From Candidatus Woesearchaeota archaeon (GTDB lineage Archaea > Nanobdellota > Nanobdellia > Woesearchaeales > SKIA01): 64,000 nucleotides of DNA. Where the stretch lies: contig JBJKRI010000004.1 in NCBI GenBank assembly GCA_046704725.1, forward strand, positions 32,001 to 96,000. Direction: 5' to 3'. Both the position numbers and the translations under genes were made by a program. Each line of letters begins with the position of its first letter. Within the stretch, counting starts at the first letter, position 1. Below, piece after piece: positions 21,323 through 30,959 of the stretch. The notes below the pieces were generated by a model. The model saw only the letters and a program-made list of their open reading frames with translations. It was not told the DNA's origin and ran no database searches.

Positions 21323-21913
21323 ATGAACGCGATACTCAAGTTCCTGCTCTTCTTGCTCGGCATCGTGCTCGTCGCAGGAGTCCTGTTCCAACTCGCTCAC
21401 CCGCCGGTCAGGACGAACACGAACCCGGTGGCCCAACCGAACTACACCGCCGTCGTGCCGCCCGGTTTCACCGCCGAGAACGTGACGCGCGTGCTCGACC
21501 CGCACGACGCCGGAAAGCTCATGACGCCGCGCCTGCCATTGGTGAAGATCGCCGACAAGATCACAAGCATCGCCTGCCCTGGCGGAGGGATGCAATGCAA
21601 GGCCAAAGCCCTGCTCGTCTGGACGCGCACCAACATCCAGCACCTTGCGGTATTGCCGCCGAACGAACAGATACTCGGGCCCGAAGAGACCATCCTCTAC
21701 CGGCAGGGCGACGACACGACGATGAGCGTCCTGCTCATCGCGATGCTACGGGCAGAAGGCATCAAGGCACGCATGGGCATCACGCCGTACGTGACGTTCG
21801 TCGAAGCGACCGTGGGCGGCGTGAACGTGCAGCTCGATCCCGGATGCGCCGATTGCGCGTACGGCGATAGCCGATACACCGGCCAAGCGAAAGACATCAC
21901 CTGGGTGTCGTAG
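21323..21913 (+). CDS. Membrane-anchored transglutaminase-like protein, probably inactive
   Basis: PEETI..RQGDDTTMSVLLIAMLRAEGIKAR matches the TGase core, but the usual GDC cysteine is absent. Confidence 0.7.
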   Translation: MNAILKFLLFLLGIVLVAGVLFQLAHPPVRTNTNPVAQPNYTAVVPPGFTAENVTRVLDPHDAGKLMTPRLPLVKIADKITSIACPGGGMQCKAKALLVWTRTNIQHLAVLPPNEQILGPEETILYRQGDDTTMSVLLIAMLRAEGIKARMGITPYVTFVEATVGGVNVQLDPGCADCAYGDSRYTGQAKDITWVS

Positions 21914-23225
21914 GAGACACGACCATACCGTCCAGCACCTTCCCGTCTATGAAGCGCACCCCCTCCTCAGCGAGCAACCGTCGCTTGCGATCGAGCGGCT
22001 CGCCAGAGACCGCGCCCATGAAACCGCCGATCGTGCCGTCAGAAGCGATGACGCGATGGCACGGCACGGTAGGCGCGTAGGGATTCTTGCGCAAGGCCGC
22101 GCCGACAGCACGGTACGCGGCACTATCGAGCGCTCTGGCCACCAAGGCATACGTGGTGACCTTCCCGACGGGAACCGAGCGCACGGCGCGATAGACGCGC
22201 TCGGCGAAGGAATCAGCAACGAGCGTGGCTGGACGGATGCGGAGCTCGGGGAAACGCTTGTCGAGCACGACCAGATACTCACGCAACTGCGACAGGTTCT
22301 GGGGGCGCGGGCTGTGCCGGGCACGCTCGAAATCGATGAGCGTGACCGCCTGCCCGGAGACGATGACGTGCTTGTAGGGATTGGTGAACTCGGTCTTGCG
22401 GATGCCGGCATGATCCAGCAAACGGGCCTGTCGTACCAGTTCGGAGAGCACCTCCAGCGCCTCGACGCGAGAGGCGTGCGAGAGGAACTCCTCGATGCGC
22501 TCGCCCGGAACGTACGCTATGCACAACACAGCATCCTCATGGGAGAAATATTGCGGGCCGATGCCCAGAGCGTTCACAATGCCGAGCATACGCGCCTCCT
22601 GCGTGATGCGGCGCTGGTCAGCGATCTTGAAGACGCGGTCATCCTCCTTGTACACGCGGCTGCGCTTTCCCGATGCGAGGTACCGTGCGGCAGGATGATC
22701 GGGCAGGGCGAAGACGATGCGATAGACACGAAGCTCCTCGAACGAGATTCGTCGCTTTTCGACGACCTCCCAGGAGAACCCGCGCTCGAGCAAGGACCGC
22801 TCGACCACCGCGAAGTTCGTGCGGGAAGAGACGAGCAGGAATGCCTGTCCGTCGCGGGACAGATGGTCGGCGAGCCCGGAGAGGAAACGGACGGTCCATT
22901 CGTAGCCGTGAGGACCGCCGTCGAGCGCGACGTCCGGAGCGGCTCTCTCGTCCGGGAGGTACGGCGCGTTGCATACCACAGTATCGAAGACGCCATCCAC
23001 GGCGGAGAACAGGTCTGAACGGTGGGCATCGACCCCTGCCTTGCGCGCGGCGGCGACGGCCTCAGGATCGATATCGACAGCCACGACCGCGCCCACATCA
23101 GGATTCTCTTTCGCGGCGATCGCCTGCACGCCGCTGCCAGTACCCATATCCAACACCCGGCCCTTGGCGGCAGAGCGTACGACGCGCGAGAGCAGTTCGC
23201 TGTCCTCACGAGGCTCGTATACCAT
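21897..23225 (-). CDS. Fusion: HemK2/PrmC-like methyltransferase + Ser/Thr kinase-like domain + O6-methylguanine-DNA methyltransferase
   Basis: VYEPREDSELL, LDMGTGSG, NAPY; then GKRSRVY...E...IDFERA; then VPVGKVTTY..VA...AYRAVG.AL..NP...VPCHRVI. Confidence 0.9.
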   Translation of the reverse strand: MVYEPREDSELLSRVVRSAAKGRVLDMGTGSGVQAIAAKENPDVGAVVAVDIDPEAVAAARKAGVDAHRSDLFSAVDGVFDTVVCNAPYLPDERAAPDVALDGGPHGYEWTVRFLSGLADHLSRDGQAFLLVSSRTNFAVVERSLLERGFSWEVVEKRRISFEELRVYRIVFALPDHPAARYLASGKRSRVYKEDDRVFKIADQRRITQEARMLGIVNALGIGPQYFSHEDAVLCIAYVPGERIEEFLSHASRVEALEVLSELVRQARLLDHAGIRKTEFTNPYKHVIVSGQAVTLIDFERARHSPRPQNLSQLREYLVVLDKRFPELRIRPATLVADSFAERVYRAVRSVPVGKVTTYALVARALDSAAYRAVGAALRKNPYAPTVPCHRVIASDGTIGGFMGAVSGEPLDRKRRLLAEEGVRFIDGKVLDGMVVSPTTPR

Positions 23226-23247
23226 ACGACGAGAATACCGCGGTCGT

Positions 23248-23712
23248 TTATCTGCCTTTACCGAAGGCCTTGTCGGCGACGGCCAGATATTCCTTGACCC
23301 GAGACAATATGGAGGCGAGGAAATACTGCTCGACATGCTCCTCGAAGATCGAGACGAGCGAAGCGTTCTCGCGCACGCGATACGCGTTCTTCACCTTCTC
23401 GACGAGGAATATCTCGCGCAGGCGCAACACCTGGCGGCGGATGTTCGAGGGAGCGACGCCGAGGACGGGGACCCCTGCCGCTTCCCGGGCGTCGATGGTC
23501 GCGTGCTCGATCTGCTTGCTCGTGAGCGGCTCTTTCGCGCGCAGCAGGACATGCAAGACATCGACGATGACATCGCGGCTATCGCCGGGCTGCAGTACGC
23601 CTAGGGAAAGGCAGAGCTTTCGCACGAGTTCGCGCTCGGACAGGCCGCGCGGCGGCTCGTACTTGCGCAGCGTCAGTTCTCCAAGGGGGGTATCTGTTGC
23701 TTTTCTTGCCAT
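23248..23712 (-). CDS. Conserved archaeal winged-helix-like protein
   Basis: LTLRKYEPP...LCLSLGVLQPGDSRD...SNIRRQVLRLREIFLVEK. Confidence 0.75.
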   Translation of the reverse strand: MARKATDTPLGELTLRKYEPPRGLSERELVRKLCLSLGVLQPGDSRDVIVDVLHVLLRAKEPLTSKQIEHATIDAREAAGVPVLGVAPSNIRRQVLRLREIFLVEKVKNAYRVRENASLVSIFEEHVEQYFLASILSRVKEYLAVADKAFGKGR

Positions 23713-24545
23713 GCGTTCTTCTCCACGTGCAGCACGCGCTGCGGGAAGGGAATCGTGATGCCCTGCTCGTCGAGCGCGTCCTTGATGCGCTCGAGATACT
23801 CTTGCCTGATGGCGAGCTCGTCCTCGGCCTTGTTGACCCAGACGCGGAGCAGGATGTTCACACCGCTGTCGGCGAGCTCGGTCACGACGACCGTGGGCCG
23901 CAGGTACTGCGACAGTCGCGTATCCGCCGAGGGGTCGACGAGCGAGAGCACGACCGAGCGCGTCTTGCTCACGCTGTCGCTGTAGCTGATGGAGAACGGG
24001 ATCTCCACGCGCACCTCGCCGTTCTTGGTGTGATTGACGACGAGCTGGTTGACGATAGAGGTGTTGGGCACGATGAGGTACTGGTTCTGGAGCGTGCGGA
24101 TGCGCGTGGAACGCATCGTGATCTCCGTCACGCGCCCGTACAGGCTATTGACCTCGATGTAGTCGCCCACATAGAATGGCTTGTCCCAGAAGATCGTGAC
24201 GCCGGCGATATAGTTGCTCACGGTGTCCTGCGCCGCGAAGCCGAGGCCGACGCCCACGATACCCAGGCCGGTGAGCGCATCCCCGATACGCACGCCCATC
24301 TGGTATAAGGCGATGACCGCGCCGACGATGATGAGGAAGTACTTGTAGGTCTTGAGAGACAAGGAGATGATGCTCGCGTGGACGTGCCGTCGCTCGAGCG
24401 CCGCGCGCAAGAGCAGGACGGTGCCCTGGTACATCGCGTAGAACGCCGCGAAGATGAGCAGTCCGACCAGGAAGCGCGGAAGGAAGGTGACGAAAGAGCC
24501 CCAGACACGCGCGAGCTCGGCGACCGGGATGATGCTGAGGGCCAT
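23673..24545 (-). CDS. mscS: Small-conductance mechanosensitive channel
   Basis: GLGFAAQDTVSNYIAG...KPFYVGDYIE...G.V.EITMRSTRIRT...VPN...GITIPFPQR. Confidence 0.94.
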   Translation of the reverse strand: MALSIIPVAELARVWGSFVTFLPRFLVGLLIFAAFYAMYQGTVLLLRAALERRHVHASIISLSLKTYKYFLIIVGAVIALYQMGVRIGDALTGLGIVGVGLGFAAQDTVSNYIAGVTIFWDKPFYVGDYIEVNSLYGRVTEITMRSTRIRTLQNQYLIVPNTSIVNQLVVNHTKNGEVRVEIPFSISYSDSVSKTRSVVLSLVDPSADTRLSQYLRPTVVVTELADSGVNILLRVWVNKAEDELAIRQEYLERIKDALDEQGITIPFPQRVLHVEKNAWQEKQQIPPLEN

Positions 24546-24578
24546 TCCGCTTAAAAATTGTGAGCAGGGTATTTAAGC

Positions 24579-27500
24579 CTATTCCTGGAGGGCGATGCCG
24601 TAGCGCAACGCGCGTTTCCGCACGCGCTCCTCGGCCGTGTGCGGCGTCGTGAGCTTGTCGACGAAGGAGACGGCCGTCACGCCGCAGACCGTCTTGAGCT
24701 CGTCCTCGCGGCCGCTCACGACGTCCTGGAGGTCCGTGGCGAGCTGGATGCTGACGCGGTCGGTCTTGTCCATGCCTGCCTCCTTGCGCAGGCGCTGTAT
24801 GCGCCTGACGAGCTCGCGGAAAAAGCCTTCCTTTAGCAGCTCTTCGTCCTGCGCTGTGGAGACGAGCACCTTGATGCCCTGCGACTCCGCGAACGCCCAA
24901 CCGTCCGGCGCGTGCGCGGTCACTGACAGGAACTCCGGGCCCAAGGTCTCTTCCAGTACGGTCACCTTCCCATCCTTGGCGAACTGCGCGCCGAGCCGGT
25001 CGGCGTCCTTCTTGATGGCCGTCGCGAGCTCGGCGGTACGGGCCCCGAAGGACTTGCCGAGCGCCTTGAAATCGGGATCCACCGTGAAGGACAACGGGAG
25101 GGATTCCTCGAAGCGGATCTCCTTGACGTTCGCTTGTTGGGCGACGAGGGAAGCGAGCTCATCCGGCAGCACAGCAACGCCACTGACCCGCGCGGTGCGG
25201 AGCGGCCAGCGCAGACCCGTCTGTGCCTTGTCACGCGCCGCCAGGATGACGCTGAGCACGTCCATGGCCTCATGCATACCGCCTTCGAGCGCGGTATCGA
25301 TCCGTTTTTCGTCCGCAGCGGGAAGGCCGCTCAAGTGCACGCTCTGCTCCTGCAATCCGAGCGGACCGCGGAGGTTCCGCCAGATGGCCTCGGTGATGAA
25401 CGGCGAGACCGAAGCGAGCAGACGGACAGCGATGAGATATGATTCGGTCAAAGCGCTGCGCACGGCCGCACGCTCGTCATCGGTGCCCTGCGCGACCTTG
25501 GGGCGCACCAGCTGGATGTATGTCCGGCTGATATCGTCGAGCAGGGATTCGATCGCTTCGGGGATGCGGTCGAGGCGATAGGCGTCCAGGAGGTCCGCGA
25601 CCTGTTTCGCGGTGCTGTGGGCGCGCGACAGGATGTACCGCTCCTCGACACCCAACGAAGGCTTCCCCCGCGCGTCGGCGTACAGGTCGAGCAGGTACTT
25701 GTGGATGTTCCAATAGACGAGCAAGCTCTTGCGCTTGTTCTCGCAATCATCGAGATTATAGTTGAGGTCCTGGCCGGCGCGTGTGCCGCTGATGAGGTAC
25801 AAGCGCACGGCGTCAGCGCCGTACTTGCCGATGACCTCCTCCGGCAGGATGTAGTTGCCCTCGCTCTTGGACATCTTGCGTCCCTGGGCGTCCTGTATCA
25901 TGCCGTGCATGTACACGTTCTTGAAGGGCAGCTTGTCGAAGGCGACGGTCGATGCGACCATGAGCAGGTTGAACCAGCCGCGTATCTGGTCGTTGCCCTC
26001 GATGATGAAATCCGCGGGGAAGAACGTATCGAAGAGATCCTTGCGTGCGGGGAAGTGCAGCGACGCGAACGACGCGACACCCGCATCAACCCAGACGTCG
26101 ATCACGTCGGGCAAGCGACGAAACGTCTTCTTGCCCTTCTTGATGATGACATCATCGATCCACGGCTTGTGCAGCTCCTTCACCGGATGCCCGCAGAGCC
26201 TTTCGAGCTCTTCCTTGGAGCCCACGACGATGACATCGTCCGGGTCCTCCTCGTTGCGCCAGACAGGGAAAGGCGTCCCCCAGAAGCGTTGCTTGGTCAG
26301 GCTGTTGTCGCGCAGGTTCTCCAGCCAGCTGTTGAAGGCGTTGAAACCGGCCTCGGGAACCCAATGGGCCTTCTTGTTCTGCGCGACCATACGCTCCTTG
26401 AGGTCATCTACATGCAAGAACCACTGCCGCGTCGTCTTATAGACGATGGGCTGCTTGGAGCGCTCGGCGAACGGATAATCGTGGACGTAGGGCTCGATCG
26501 CGACGAGCATGCCCTTCGCCTCGATCTGCTCGGTGAAAAAAGCGTCCTCGAAACGCGCGCGCTTGCCCGAGAAGATGTCGACGTCCTCAGGGTACCGGCC
26601 CCGCTCGTCGAGGAGGTTCCAGGCCGGGACGTCCTCGCGCACGCCCACCTCGTAATCCTCGGGGCCGCAGCCGGGAGCGGCGTGGACAAGACCGGTGCCG
26701 CTGTCGGTCGTCACGTACTCGACGGAAGCGACGACAGTATGGACATTGGGATGGTCCTTCTTGAGGGACGCGTAGTCGAAGGTGTCCGCGAAGAAATGCG
26801 TGTATTCCGCGCCGACGAGCTCCTTGCCAGGAGTCTTCCCGATGATTGTGCCCTTCTTTCCCGCGCCGGCCAGCACGGCGTCCACGCGCTGCTCGGCAAT
26901 GATCCAAACCTCATCATCCACCTTGACGTGCGCGTACGAGACGTCGGGATTCACCATGATCATGAGATTGAAGGGGATCGTCCACGGAGTGGTCGTCCAG
27001 ACGATGAAGAACTCGTCCTTCGCGTCCAGGCGGGGAAACTTCACGTAGATGCTCTTGTCCTCGACCTCCTGGTAATAGAGCTCGTGCTTGGCGAGGGCGG
27101 TCTCGTGCACGGGATCCCAGTACATGGGACGCAAGCCCTCATAGAGCCGTCCGTTCTCGTGGGCATGCTTGATGAGCCACCACACAGCGCCGATCCACTC
27201 GTCGCTGATCGTCTGGTAAGGATCGTCGAAATCGAGCCAGACACCGAGGCGCGCGAAGTCCTCGTTCATGGCGTGCATGCGCGATACGGTCAGGTCGCGG
27301 CAGTAGGTCGCGAAACGCTCGACGCCGTACGAGACGATATCCTCCTTGTTCTTGAGGCCGAGCTCGCGCATAGCGGCGTGCTCGTTGGGAAGGCCGTGCA
27401 TGTCGTAGCCCGCGCGGTCCCAGACCCTACGGCCCTGCATGCGTCGCAACCGCACGACCAGGTCCTTCATGCTCTTGTTCCACGCCGTGCCGATATGGAC

Positions 27501-27647
27501 CTTGCCGCTCGTGTAGGGAGGGCCGTCGAGGAAATAGAACGGCTCTCCCGAAGCCTTCTTGTTCGCCGCCGCATGAAGACCGTTCTTCTTCCAGAAGTCC
27601 AGCACAGCGGGCTCGAGCACGGTGAAATCCGGGTCGGGATACTCCAT
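24579..27647 (-). CDS. ileS: Isoleucyl-tRNA synthetase
   Basis: DGPPYTSG..HIGT, GYDMHGLP, WTTTPWT, GTGLVH.AP, DQIRGWF, KMSKS; true start MEYPDPDF. Confidence 0.97.
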   Translation of the reverse strand: MEYPDPDFTVLEPAVLDFWKKNGLHAAANKKASGEPFYFLDGPPYTSGKVHIGTAWNKSMKDLVVRLRRMQGRRVWDRAGYDMHGLPNEHAAMRELGLKNKEDIVSYGVERFATYCRDLTVSRMHAMNEDFARLGVWLDFDDPYQTISDEWIGAVWWLIKHAHENGRLYEGLRPMYWDPVHETALAKHELYYQEVEDKSIYVKFPRLDAKDEFFIVWTTTPWTIPFNLMIMVNPDVSYAHVKVDDEVWIIAEQRVDAVLAGAGKKGTIIGKTPGKELVGAEYTHFFADTFDYASLKKDHPNVHTVVASVEYVTTDSGTGLVHAAPGCGPEDYEVGVREDVPAWNLLDERGRYPEDVDIFSGKRARFEDAFFTEQIEAKGMLVAIEPYVHDYPFAERSKQPIVYKTTRQWFLHVDDLKERMVAQNKKAHWVPEAGFNAFNSWLENLRDNSLTKQRFWGTPFPVWRNEEDPDDVIVVGSKEELERLCGHPVKELHKPWIDDVIIKKGKKTFRRLPDVIDVWVDAGVASFASLHFPARKDLFDTFFPADFIIEGNDQIRGWFNLLMVASTVAFDKLPFKNVYMHGMIQDAQGRKMSKSEGNYILPEEVIGKYGADAVRLYLISGTRAGQDLNYNLDDCENKRKSLLVYWNIHKYLLDLYADARGKPSLGVEERYILSRAHSTAKQVADLLDAYRLDRIPEAIESLLDDISRTYIQLVRPKVAQGTDDERAAVRSALTESYLIAVRLLASVSPFITEAIWRNLRGPLGLQEQSVHLSGLPAADEKRIDTALEGGMHEAMDVLSVILAARDKAQTGLRWPLRTARVSGVAVLPDELASLVAQQANVKEIRFEESLPLSFTVDPDFKALGKSFGARTAELATAIKKDADRLGAQFAKDGKVTVLEETLGPEFLSVTAHAPDGWAFAESQGIKVLVSTAQDEELLKEGFFRELVRRIQRLRKEAGMDKTDRVSIQLATDLQDVVSGREDELKTVCGVTAVSFVDKLTTPHTAEERVRKRALRYGIALQE

Positions 27648-27698
27648 GTAAGGGTGCGCACGCGTAGCTTTAAAAGGGTTTTCGGTCCTCCGGAACGT

Positions 27699-27995
27699 AT
27701 GCCAGTAGAGACTATCCGCGGATGCCCCGTCTGCGGCGGGACCGTCTCCGGGAACGGAGTCCTCGGCTACCTGTGCGGGCACTGCTCGCTCGTATTCAGC
27801 AAGAAGCACTTCTCTGGCCATCCGAGCAGAAAAGAGCTGCTGAGCGCGTTCGAGCGGACCGTGCGATACGTGCGCGCCGATGACAGCAATACCTATCACG
27901 TGCCTATGTGCAAATACGCCAAGCGAATCGACACGCAGCTGGAAGTGACGGACACGACCGGATTGCGTGCCTGCCGATGCGTGCGAAAGCCATAA
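27699..27995 (+). CDS. Small protein with a Zn ribbon and an Ada-like metal-binding motif
   Basis: CPVC...CGHC, then YHVPMCKYAKRI...GLRACRC. Confidence 0.7.
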   Translation: MPVETIRGCPVCGGTVSGNGVLGYLCGHCSLVFSKKHFSGHPSRKELLSAFERTVRYVRADDSNTYHVPMCKYAKRIDTQLEVTDTTGLRACRCVRKP

Positions 27996-28019
27996 AAGGG
28001 CCTGGCCGAACGCCACTGG

Positions 28020-28976
28020 GTGCTCACCGACACGATAGACCCGATCATCACGACGATACCTGCCTTCACGCTCGCGAGCGCGTGGATACTCTTCGGGGGC
28101 CTTCTCATCGCGCTCATCGGCGGAGCGCTCGCCTGGCGCCGGCACAAGAAACCGCAGGACGCCACCACCCTCTGGATCGGGGCCGTCATCGCGCTCATCG
28201 GCGTGTTCTTGTACCTGACGGGAAGAAGCAGCGTCGCGATCGGACCCATCAGCCTGCGCTGGTACGGCGTGGTCTACGTCCTCGGATTCATTGGCGGCTA
28301 CTGGGCCTTCAGAAAGCTCGCAGGACTCACCGCGGACGAGGCCGACAGCCTCACGCTGTGGGCGATGATCGGACTGCTCATCGGGGCGCGCACGTTCTTC
28401 TTCGCTTTCTACAGGCCGGACCTGTTCAGTCCCGCAGAGTTCTTCGCGGTCTGGCACGGGGGGATGAGCTTCCACGGAGCGCTCCTGGGCATCACCGTGG
28501 CGGGCTGGCTGTGGGCGCGGCACTACAAGAAACGGTTCTGGCGGATAGCAGATGTGGGTGCGGTGCTCGTCTCATTCTTCCTCGCGCTCGGACGCCTCGC
28601 GAACTTCGCGAACAGCGAGATCGTGGGAACCGTGACGAACGTTCCGTGGTGCGTGCACTTCCCGCACGCGGCCCCGCCGGGGAACGTCGGCTGCAGGCAT
28701 CCAGTGCAATTGTACGCGGCGTTCAAGGACCTCTTGACAGGCTCGGGGATGCTATTGCTCTACAAAAAGGGCGGCTTCGCCGACGGGTTCCTGTTCTGGC
28801 TGTTCGCGGCGATCTACGGCGTGCTGCGCTTTGTCATCAACATCTGGCGTGCGGACCCCGTCATTGCGTTCGGCTGGCTGAAGATGGGGCAGATCCTATC
28901 GGTCGCGCTCCTGCTGATAGCGGTCCCCGTGCTGCTCAAGCGATACAGGAAAGACCTGCAGAAGATATTTAAGTGA
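28020..28976 (+). CDS. lgt: Prolipoprotein diacylglyceryl transferase
   Basis: LRWYG, IGAR, GGMSFHG, LGRLANFANSEIVG, RHPVQLY, YGVLRF, MGQILS. Confidence 0.92.
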   Translation: MLTDTIDPIITTIPAFTLASAWILFGGLLIALIGGALAWRRHKKPQDATTLWIGAVIALIGVFLYLTGRSSVAIGPISLRWYGVVYVLGFIGGYWAFRKLAGLTADEADSLTLWAMIGLLIGARTFFFAFYRPDLFSPAEFFAVWHGGMSFHGALLGITVAGWLWARHYKKRFWRIADVGAVLVSFFLALGRLANFANSEIVGTVTNVPWCVHFPHAAPPGNVGCRHPVQLYAAFKDLLTGSGMLLLYKKGGFADGFLFWLFAAIYGVLRFVINIWRADPVIAFGWLKMGQILSVALLLIAVPVLLKRYRKDLQKIFK

Positions 28977-28992
28977 AGATGCCGCGGACACG

Positions 28993-29631
28993 ATGATGGA
29001 ACCGCTGGTCATAGTCAACTTCAAGACGTACAAGAAAGCTACAGGACAAGCCGCGGTGTCATTGACCCAGGCATGCGCAGAATCAGGAGCGCAAGTCGCT
29101 GTCCAGGCCGTCGACATCCAGGCGTGCGCCGCGACAGGAGCGCAGGTCTGGGCGCAGCACGTGGATTCGGCAGGGTACGGATCGCACACCGGAGCGGTCA
29201 TTGTAGAAGCTGTCAAGGCCGCAGGAGCGATCGGCACATTGCTCAACCACAGCGAGCATCGTCTCGACGACCCAACCATCGGCGAGACGGTGAAGCGATG
29301 CAAAGAGCTCGGCCTGAAGACCGTCGTGTGCGCGGCGAGCGTGGAGGAGGCAGAACGTTACAAGGCCTTCGCGCCAGACTATATCGCTGTCGAGATCCCT
29401 GCACTCATCGGCGGGGATGTGAGCATCATGAACGCCGAGCCGGGCATCGTCAAGCGCGCGGTTGAACAGCTCGGAAGCAACGTGCTCGTGGGAGCCGGCG
29501 TCTCCTCGGGGGATGACCTCAAGACCGCTATGGACGAGGGCGCTGCGGGCGTCCTGTTGGCGAGCGCGATCGCGAAGAAGGCGGACGACCCCAAGGCCGC
29601 GCTGCGCGAGCTCTACTCCAAACTCACGTAG
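28993..29631 (+). CDS. tpiA: Triosephosphate isomerase (archaeal type)
   Basis: VNFKTY, AQHVD, LLNHSE, AVE.P.LIG, VGAGV, GVLLASA. Confidence 0.96.
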   Translation: MMEPLVIVNFKTYKKATGQAAVSLTQACAESGAQVAVQAVDIQACAATGAQVWAQHVDSAGYGSHTGAVIVEAVKAAGAIGTLLNHSEHRLDDPTIGETVKRCKELGLKTVVCAASVEEAERYKAFAPDYIAVEIPALIGGDVSIMNAEPGIVKRAVEQLGSNVLVGAGVSSGDDLKTAMDEGAAGVLLASAIAKKADDPKAALRELYSKLT

Positions 29632-30152
29632 AGGTGCTGGACCCCGTAGACCGTCGAGGTCCCTTCATCGACCGTGACCGTGTAGATGAACTGCTTGGCA
29701 TCGATGTTCGTCGGAGGCGTGATGAGCACTGATTCGTACTTCGTCTGGCCCGGCTTGATATCGAGCGTGTCGGTGAAGTACTGTATCTGTCCGTTGCCCT
29801 CCTGTTTCGGATTGGCAGCAATAACATTGATCTTGAAACTGTTCATAGAAGCCCCGGTGTTCTTGATGCCGATGGCGAACATCGCTGTCTTCTGCGAGGA
29901 CCCCCCGCACAGGGGGCTTCCCGTCATCTTCGCGGTCTTGCTGTTGTCCGCGACGACGACGCGGCCGCCGCCCGCGAGGAGACGGTCGATCTGGTTCTGC
30001 GTCTGGGAATCGACGGTGTTCGAGTAATGCACTGCCGCGCACAACGCCTTGTAGGTGAGCGTGAAGGCCATACCGAGGATGACAATCGCGACGAGGAGGA
30101 TGACGACGGTGCTGGCCGCGAGCTCGATGCCGCGCTTATTTAGTGATCTCAT
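29613..30152 (-). CDS. Type IV pilin-like protein (class III signal peptide)
   Basis: NKRG|IELAASTVVILLVAIVIL. Confidence 0.75.
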   Translation of the reverse strand: MRSLNKRGIELAASTVVILLVAIVILGMAFTLTYKALCAAVHYSNTVDSQTQNQIDRLLAGGGRVVVADNSKTAKMTGSPLCGGSSQKTAMFAIGIKNTGASMNSFKINVIAANPKQEGNGQIQYFTDTLDIKPGQTKYESVLITPPTNIDAKQFIYTVTVDEGTSTVYGVQHLYVSLE

Positions 30153-30360
30153 ACTCCCGGATGAGGATGCTCATGAAGAGCAGCAGGACGAAGGCACCGC
30201 CGACCATGATCCAAAAGCCGTAGGTGAGGTTGCTGTTGTGGATGATGATGTACAAGCCGTAGAGCAGGATAATAAGGCCCGCCCACAAGAACTTGTCCAA
30301 TACGAGCTTCAGGATATCGAACTCCTCTTGCCGCGTGAGTTTCTTCTTGTTCTTCGCCAT
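30136..30360 (-). CDS. Small 2-TM membrane protein
   Basis: MAKNKKKLTRQEEFDILKLVLDKFLW plus two TMs; overlaps both pilin-like genes; GGTGA SD. Confidence 0.8.
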   Translation of the reverse strand: MAKNKKKLTRQEEFDILKLVLDKFLWAGLIILLYGLYIIIHNSNLTYGFWIMVGGAFVLLLFMSILIREYEITK

Positions 30361-30902
30361 TATTGGTTCACCGTCAGGCTGAATTCCGCAGGAGATATCT
30401 CGCTGATCGCCTGTGGAGTGGAACCACCGCCTGTGACGCCCATCGCCACGATCCGGCACAAGTAGGTCGAACTCACGGCGTTCTTGTTGATCATGAACAC
30501 GTACGTGAAGACGTTCGAATCGCCCGGCTTGAGCGTCTTGCTGAAGTACTGTTGGCTCTTATCGGCGATGGGATTCGTACCGCTGGCAGGGTCGTTCTTG
30601 CATTCAATCGCCGGATACGCTCCAGTGATAGTTGTCGAGGGCGTGTTGTCGAGGATTCCAATCTTCATACCGATGTAATCGCCGCGCGAGCCCGATTCCG
30701 CGGTGCGCGACAGCGTGATGGGAGTTCCCTGCGAGGGCGCCGGCGGATTGGGCTCGTTCGAATCGATCGAGTTGAAGAACTTCTGCTCGACGGAATTGAA
30801 CGCGCGCGTCACAAGACCGATGATGAGGCCGAGCATGATGACCGCGATGATGAGCACGACGATCGCGTTGGTCGAGATGGATAATGAAGCGCGTCGTTGC
30901 AT
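30360..30902 (-). CDS. Type IV pilin-like protein (class III signal peptide)
   Basis: MQRRA|SLSISTNAIVVLIIAVIMLGLII. Confidence 0.75.
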   Translation of the reverse strand: MQRRASLSISTNAIVVLIIAVIMLGLIIGLVTRAFNSVEQKFFNSIDSNEPNPPAPSQGTPITLSRTAESGSRGDYIGMKIGILDNTPSTTITGAYPAIECKNDPASGTNPIADKSQQYFSKTLKPGDSNVFTYVFMINKNAVSSTYLCRIVAMGVTGGGSTPQAISEISPAEFSLTVNQ

Positions 30903-30959
30903 GACACGCGTTCTCCAATAAAGAGCTTTATAAAACTTTCTCGCTCTGCGAGAGTGATT

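Noticed and set aside
25617-27698. Long antisense ORFs in the track (for example 11-595, 847-2571, 25617-27995, 34960-36939, 43386-44711, 59658-61616)
   Set aside because: They are shadows of clearly identified genes on the other strand, typical of GC-rich DNA. Only the last 98 codons of 25617-27995 look real.
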